Part shown: positions 58,986-64,000 of the stretch, in pieces | Numbering within the stretch: the stretch's first letter is position 1 | How the letters are laid out: each line of letters opens with the position of its first letter | NCBI GenBank assembly: GCA_964451495.1 | Contig: CAYVHS010000005.1 | Location: 8,926 to 72,925, forward strand | DNA length: 64,000 nt | Reading direction: 5' to 3' | Source: an uncultured Bdellovibrionales bacterium | Lineage (GTDB): Bacteria; Patescibacteriota; Minisyncoccia; Moranbacterales; UBA1568 | Program-made: the position numbers and the translations under genes | The notes under the pieces: model-generated | Seen by the model: the letters and a program-made list of their open reading frames with translations, nothing else | What the model was told of the DNA's origin: nothing | Databases searched by the model: none

Positions 58986-60566
58986 CTACACTGTTACCAG
59001 TCCGAGCTTCCGCAGACGCGATCGGATAGCACCAGGATTACGTCCGAGCTTCTCACTCATCTCTTTCATCTGCTTACCTCGAGAGAATAATCGTTTGAGC
59101 TCCTTCTCTTCTTCCGGATTCCAGGCACGATAGGCATTGGTATGTTTTTCACGAATCTTTTCGAGGGAATAGGATTTTTCTTCCTCTCCTTTTTTCTGAG
59201 ATTCTTTTTTTGGCTTTTTCTCTTTTGTTTTTTTGTGCGAACCTATTTTGCCACCACAAACGATGATGAAATTATGTTCTAACTCATGGATTTTCTCTTT
59301 CGAATATGCACTGAAAGTCTCACGAGCTTCACGAGAGGCCTCGCGGAATATACAGTCCTGCTCGAGCACGGTCGGATGGACTTGGAACGCTCGCTCATTC
59401 AGGCCAATCAAATGGACCCCCGACAAACGCCTGACGCGAGAAAGAGCCACATACCCCTGGCCAAATTCGAATGTCTGCGAAAGATCCATGACAGCCGCGT
59501 CGAGACTGACTCCCTGGCTTTTATGGATCGTCATGGCCCACGCGAGACGGAGCGGCAGCTGGATGACTTTGGCCAGTGCTTCCTCGCCCTCGGCGATGAC
59601 CCATTCCATGGGTTCGACCAAGATACGACGGCCATCATGTGTCTCGACGAGCGGATAACGAGTTGTACTATCAAAACCAATCACCGTACCAAGTGTCCCA
59701 TTGGCAAATCCTTCATTCGGATTGTTCTTGGTGAACATCACTACGGCACCATCTTTGAGCTCGAGGCGCTCTGGCGAGAGACACCCGCGTTTGAGTGCAT
59801 CGGTCAGCCCGGCCGGCCCACGATCAGCCATGGTAAATCCGTACGTCTTGCCAGGCAGTTTCATGAGCTCGAGTGCGTTGATCTTGTCCACATCGACATT
59901 ATGAGAAAAAAGCCTCGTCGTGTTTTCGGGTAATTCCTCGGTAGCCAGCATCCGCATTTCGACGCGTTCTCGATGTATCGACAAACAGGCGTTACTGCGA
60001 ATAGCCGTCAGTACTTCGAGGAAAGCATCGTCCTCCTGACGATGCTGTTCTGTGAGATAGCATGTCCGGAACCCCATCATCTGCCAAGCGTCAGACTGGA
60101 AAGCGAATTGCATCTTCTCGCCGCCTTTCGCCACCGGCGGCAACTGGAAAAAATCCCCTACGACGATGACCTGAAGCCCGCCAAAGGGCAAATGGCCCTT
60201 GCGCACACGACGACACACGGCTTCGACCAAAGCAAAGACATTGCCATCGAGCATGGATATTTCATCGATGATGAGGACCTTGGCTTTCTTGATACGCTTA
60301 GCAGTACGGCCATTCCCGGCGATGTCTCGAATCAAATCTTTATCAACCACGCGTGCAATACCGATACCGCTCCACGAATGAATAGTCATGCCATGGATAT
60401 GCGTCGCAGCGATACCCGTCGAAGCCGTGACGGCGTAATCGATCTCATGCTCGCGCAAATATTCCGTATACCTGTTGATGGTATGCGTCTTGCCTGAACC
60501 CGCCTCACCAGTCAGAAAAACACTGGCGCCGGTCTTGAGTATCGTGAGCGCTTCTTCTTGGGTCAT
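58986..60566 (-). CDS. PIF1-family 5'-3' DNA helicase with C-terminal HTH
   Basis: GEAGSGKT, TIHSWSG, IDEISM, GDFFQLPPV, AMTIHKSQG, YVALSR; WNPEEEKEL...GRNPGAIRSRL. Confidence 0.92.
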   Translation of the reverse strand: MTQEEALTILKTGASVFLTGEAGSGKTHTINRYTEYLREHEIDYAVTASTGIAATHIHGMTIHSWSGIGIARVVDKDLIRDIAGNGRTAKRIKKAKVLIIDEISMLDGNVFALVEAVCRRVRKGHLPFGGLQVIVVGDFFQLPPVAKGGEKMQFAFQSDAWQMMGFRTCYLTEQHRQEDDAFLEVLTAIRSNACLSIHRERVEMRMLATEELPENTTRLFSHNVDVDKINALELMKLPGKTYGFTMADRGPAGLTDALKRGCLSPERLELKDGAVVMFTKNNPNEGFANGTLGTVIGFDSTTRYPLVETHDGRRILVEPMEWVIAEGEEALAKVIQLPLRLAWAMTIHKSQGVSLDAAVMDLSQTFEFGQGYVALSRVRRLSGVHLIGLNERAFQVHPTVLEQDCIFREASREARETFSAYSKEKIHELEHNFIIVCGGKIGSHKKTKEKKPKKESQKKGEEEKSYSLEKIREKHTNAYRAWNPEEEKELKRLFSRGKQMKEMSEKLGRNPGAIRSRLRKLGLVTV

Positions 60567-60687
60567 AAAAAATTATTCATCTTGTACTGTACTATCATAC
60601 GTGATAGACCAGGCTCTGGCAAAGCAAAGAAAAAGAGCGGGCGTGTACATGTACATATCCGCTCCTCGGCTGATTCCCAGCCATACT

Positions 60688-61044
60688 TCACTGACCAATG
60701 AAACGACGCGTACTCGTATACAGCCGTCCATTCAAACCCCCTTTGGCGCAACGCACGAAATGGAACACTTGGCGCCATTTGCCTCTCCCGAGTCGGTAGA
60801 TGATCTCGATAGCATCATCACCATGATAGGGGCGTCCCTCGTGATTGATAGAAAAATGCTCGACAGCCATATTGGTCGATGAGCATTCGGGAAGCATACC
60901 GTGATGATGCTCTAGAATGAGCGCGGCAACCTTTTTCTGCATCAGAGCTGAGAAACGCTCTTTCAAAAAACAGGTATTCTCAAATAATTGCCCCATCTCT
61001 TCGGGAGAAAAAACCACAGCGACACCACACATTTGGCCTTGCAT
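60688..61044 (-). CDS. Hypothetical orphan protein
   Basis: 118 aa; SD AAGGAGG; terminator ~60631-60665. Confidence 0.6.
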   Translation of the reverse strand: MQGQMCGVAVVFSPEEMGQLFENTCFLKERFSALMQKKVAALILEHHHGMLPECSSTNMAVEHFSINHEGRPYHGDDAIEIIYRLGRGKWRQVFHFVRCAKGGLNGRLYTSTRRFIGQ

Positions 61045-61169
61045 ATTATCCTCCTTTCACTTGGCTAGACTTCGATTGAAAAAGGTACAGCACATGCACC
61101 TCTAGCATAGTACAAATGGCACAAAATAGCATCTCTCTACAAAACAAGATTCAATAAAAGAAAAAGCAA

Positions 61170-63755
61170 TTATTGTTTCAAAATCTTTCTGAGATATTCA
61201 CCGGTATATGAACCCTTTTTCACGACCACTTGTTCGGGTGTGCCGCAAGCGACTACTTGTCCACCCGCTGCTCCACCCTCGGGGCCAATATCGATGATAT
61301 AGTCGGCACTCTTGATGAGGTCCATGTTGTGTTCGATGACGAGAACAGTATTGCCCTTGACCACGAGACGATCGAGAATCTCGATGAGCTTTCTCACGTC
61401 TTCATAATGCAGTCCGATAGTCGGTTCATCGAGGAGATAGATCGTACGTTCGACATGTTGACGATACAGTTCGGAAGAAATCTTCACACGTTGAGCTTCG
61501 CCACCAGAGAGTGTCGTAGCTGACTGTCCTACCTTCAAATAGCCGAGACCGACTTCATTGAGGGTTTTGAGACGATCGGCGATAGCGGGAATATCATAAA
61601 AAAACGCGTAGGCCTCTTCGACGGTCATTTCGAGTACTTCATAGATATTCTTATGCTTGTATCTCACTTCAAGCGTTTCCTTGGTGAAGCGCTTGCCGTC
61701 ACAAACATCGCACTGTACATACACGGTCGGCAAAAAATGCATTTCAACTGCGATGAAACCGTTGCCTTCACAGGTTTCACAGCGCCCCCCAGGACGATTG
61801 AAAGAAAAACGACCCGCCTTCCACCCGCGTACCCTGGCTTCTTCACTCGCCGCAAACAAATCACGGACATGCGTCCAGGCACCAGTGTACGTCGCTGGGT
61901 TGGAACGTGGCGTCCGACCAATCGGACTCTGATCGATAAGCACAGTACGAGAGAGATATTCCGTCCCGGTAAATGTCTGGCAATTGAAAACCTTGTTAGA
62001 TTTGTACCGGCGATCGAAACGGGCTTCGAGATTCTTATGAAGGATCTCATACATGAGAGTCGATTTGCCCGATCCAGAAACACCCGTAATCACACTGAAA
62101 CGACCGAGTGGAATATCGACATTCATGTTCTTGATATTGAACAGATTGCCACCGCGAATCTTGATGGTACCCTTATCCTTCTCCCGTCGCTTGGTTGGGA
62201 TAGCAATCTTTTCTTCACCGCGCAGGTATGCGAGCGTGAGTGATCCAGAAGTATTCTTTTTCGCCGTGAGGAGATCATGAAGATATCCTGAGACCACGAC
62301 CTCACCGCCATGGACACCAGCACCTGGACCGATATCGATAATGTAGTCCGAAGCAAATATCGTATCCTCGTCATGCTCGACAACGATGATAGTATTGCCC
62401 AAATCACGGAGAGATTTAAGCGTGCTAATAAGACGATCGTTATCACGCTGGTGAAGTCCGATGGTCGGTTCATCGAGGACGTAGAGTGCTCCGACCAATT
62501 TGGACCCGAGCTGTGAAGCGAGACGGATACGCTGTGCCTCGCCACCCGAGAGTGTGTTGGCCCGACGATCGAGCGAGAGATAATTGAGCCCAACATCGAG
62601 GAGGAACTGGACCCGTCCGCCAACTTCGCGTAATACCACCGCGGCGATTTGACGCTCACGCTCTGAAAGTTCGAGCGTATCGAAAAAATGTTTGACATCT
62701 GCGGTCATCATGGCCGTCACCTGGACGATATTTTTCCCGCCAATTTTCACATGCAGTGCTTCTTCGCGAAGGCGTGAGCCGTGACAGACTTCGCACGGCT
62801 CATCACCAAAGAAATGCTTGGTTCCGAGACCATTGCAGGCCTCACAGGCACCGTACGGCGAATTGAAAGAAAAAAGGCGTGGCTCTACTTCGGGATAAGA
62901 AAAACCATCATAGGGACAGGAAAATTTGGAAGAAAGAACAAAGTTTTCTTTCCCAATATGAATATTCACCAAACCATCGCTCTCTTCAATCGCCCGCTGT
63001 ACTGCCTCGGAAAGTCGCTCGTTTGATGTCTCGGGAAATTTCTCAAATTCAATAAGTGGCATTTCATCGACCACGAGGTCAATATCATGCTTCTTGTTTT
63101 TCGAAAGAAGAATCTGTTCACGGAGACTGAAACGATTCCCATCAAGAAAAATTTCACTGAAACCCTTGCTCAAAGAATTATAGAGCAACTGGTAGTACTC
63201 GCCCTTGCGACCACGTACGACGGGAGCCGTAATCGTGAGGACTTGCTTGCCTTTTTTCCCCAGAGCCAATGCCTGCTGTACCCGCTCTGATACGATCTCG
63301 AGCATCTCCTCGGGTGAAAGCTTTTGAATCTCACGATCACACACGAGACAGTGTGGCCGGCCGAGCCTCGCATACAAAACGCGCAAATAATCATAGATCT
63401 CAGTAATAGTCGCAACGGTCGAGCGCGGATTGCGACTCGCTGATTTCTGATCGATAGAGATAGCCGGTGAAAGTCCCAGAATCTCATCGACATCTGGTTT
63501 CTGCATGGTATTCAGAAACTGCCGCGCATAGGCGGAAAGTGATTCGACATAGCGACGCTGGCCCTCGGCAAAAATCGTATCGAACGCGAGAGACGATTTA
63601 CCAGACCCAGAAAGTCCCGTACACACAACCATCGCATTGCGAGGCATGTCGACCGAAATATTCTTCAAATTGTGTGTGCGGGCGCCACGGACCGAAATCC
63701 ATTCTGACGGCCCAGACGACGCATCAGCACTCTGATGCCCATGCTTCTTGGCCAT
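61170..63755 (-). CDS. uvrA: Excinuclease ABC subunit A, copy 2 (insertion domain deleted)
   Basis: GARTHNLKN, two ABC domains; CEACNGLG joined to CEVCHG by only TKHFFGDEP. Confidence 0.95.
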   Translation of the reverse strand: MAKKHGHQSADASSGPSEWISVRGARTHNLKNISVDMPRNAMVVCTGLSGSGKSSLAFDTIFAEGQRRYVESLSAYARQFLNTMQKPDVDEILGLSPAISIDQKSASRNPRSTVATITEIYDYLRVLYARLGRPHCLVCDREIQKLSPEEMLEIVSERVQQALALGKKGKQVLTITAPVVRGRKGEYYQLLYNSLSKGFSEIFLDGNRFSLREQILLSKNKKHDIDLVVDEMPLIEFEKFPETSNERLSEAVQRAIEESDGLVNIHIGKENFVLSSKFSCPYDGFSYPEVEPRLFSFNSPYGACEACNGLGTKHFFGDEPCEVCHGSRLREEALHVKIGGKNIVQVTAMMTADVKHFFDTLELSERERQIAAVVLREVGGRVQFLLDVGLNYLSLDRRANTLSGGEAQRIRLASQLGSKLVGALYVLDEPTIGLHQRDNDRLISTLKSLRDLGNTIIVVEHDEDTIFASDYIIDIGPGAGVHGGEVVVSGYLHDLLTAKKNTSGSLTLAYLRGEEKIAIPTKRREKDKGTIKIRGGNLFNIKNMNVDIPLGRFSVITGVSGSGKSTLMYEILHKNLEARFDRRYKSNKVFNCQTFTGTEYLSRTVLIDQSPIGRTPRSNPATYTGAWTHVRDLFAASEEARVRGWKAGRFSFNRPGGRCETCEGNGFIAVEMHFLPTVYVQCDVCDGKRFTKETLEVRYKHKNIYEVLEMTVEEAYAFFYDIPAIADRLKTLNEVGLGYLKVGQSATTLSGGEAQRVKISSELYRQHVERTIYLLDEPTIGLHYEDVRKLIEILDRLVVKGNTVLVIEHNMDLIKSADYIIDIGPEGGAAGGQVVACGTPEQVVVKKGSYTGEYLRKILKQ

Positions 63756-63843
63756 AGTACGTATTCATTTACACGAAAACTCAGTATAGCTCTTTTTGGC
63801 GAGACTATCAAGGGACCAAAAGAAGACACCGAAGCGAGAGGAG

Positions 63844-64000
63844 CTAGAAGCAATCAAGAAGAATGCGGTACTCCTCTTCACGTTCCGGATGAACAACTAG
63901 TTCGATATGTTCCTCATTATCAAGCGCGGAAACAAAAGCAGGAAAATCAACCAGCCAATCCAAATTGACGAGAAAACGCGAAGTCGTCAGTTTCATGCTC
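63844..64000 (-). CDS. C-terminus of a probable ChbG/YdjC-family deacetylase (partial)
   Basis: Manual translation ...FLVNLDWL...IELVVHPEREEEYRILLDCF*; resembles the ELxxHP...RxxE pattern. Confidence 0.5.
   Translation of the reverse strand, partial: SMKLTTSRFLVNLDWLVDFPAFVSALDNEEHIELVVHPEREEEYRILLDCF

Noticed and set aside
1-64000. Prophage or alternative genetic code as an explanation for the orphans
   Set aside because: No phage structural, terminase or integrase genes; TGA serves as a normal stop for conserved genes such as ftsI, pepA and queH.

Overview
Window from a small-genome bacterium using genetic code 11, with nearly all genes on the minus strand. Gene content points to Patescibacteria/CPR (Parcubacteria-like; inference): a minimal dcw cluster, type IV pilus genes without a secretin, a stand-alone PaaX/Cas2-like gene and SD-less core genes. 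It holds a surface-glycan locus (a 1560-aa four-module glycosyltransferase/flippase fusion and rfbD/rfbB/rfbC interrupted by insertions), mraZ-rsmH-ftsL-ftsI-murF, RNA-modification genes, a pilC-minor pilin-pilMNO cluster, many DNA-repair genes (rarA, xth, two uvrA, uvrC, alkD, a DnaQ-type exonuclease, ogt-like, pif1) and about ten orphan genes. I recognised no rRNA, tRNA, CRISPR array, integrase or transposase. Main leads: (1) a PaaX/Cas2-like gene bracketed by two 38-bp palindromes with compensatory substitutions; (2) dispersed orphan genes sharing promoter + boxA-like motif + strong Shine-Dalgarno + private terminator, unlike core genes; (3) two UvrA paralogues with complementary domain loss; (4) a duplicated rfbD 5' end bounding a LysM insertion; (5) a pair of degenerate nucleotidyltransferase-like paralogues; (6) several non-coding hairpin/MITE-like elements. 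All calls come from reading motifs by eye; no searches were run.
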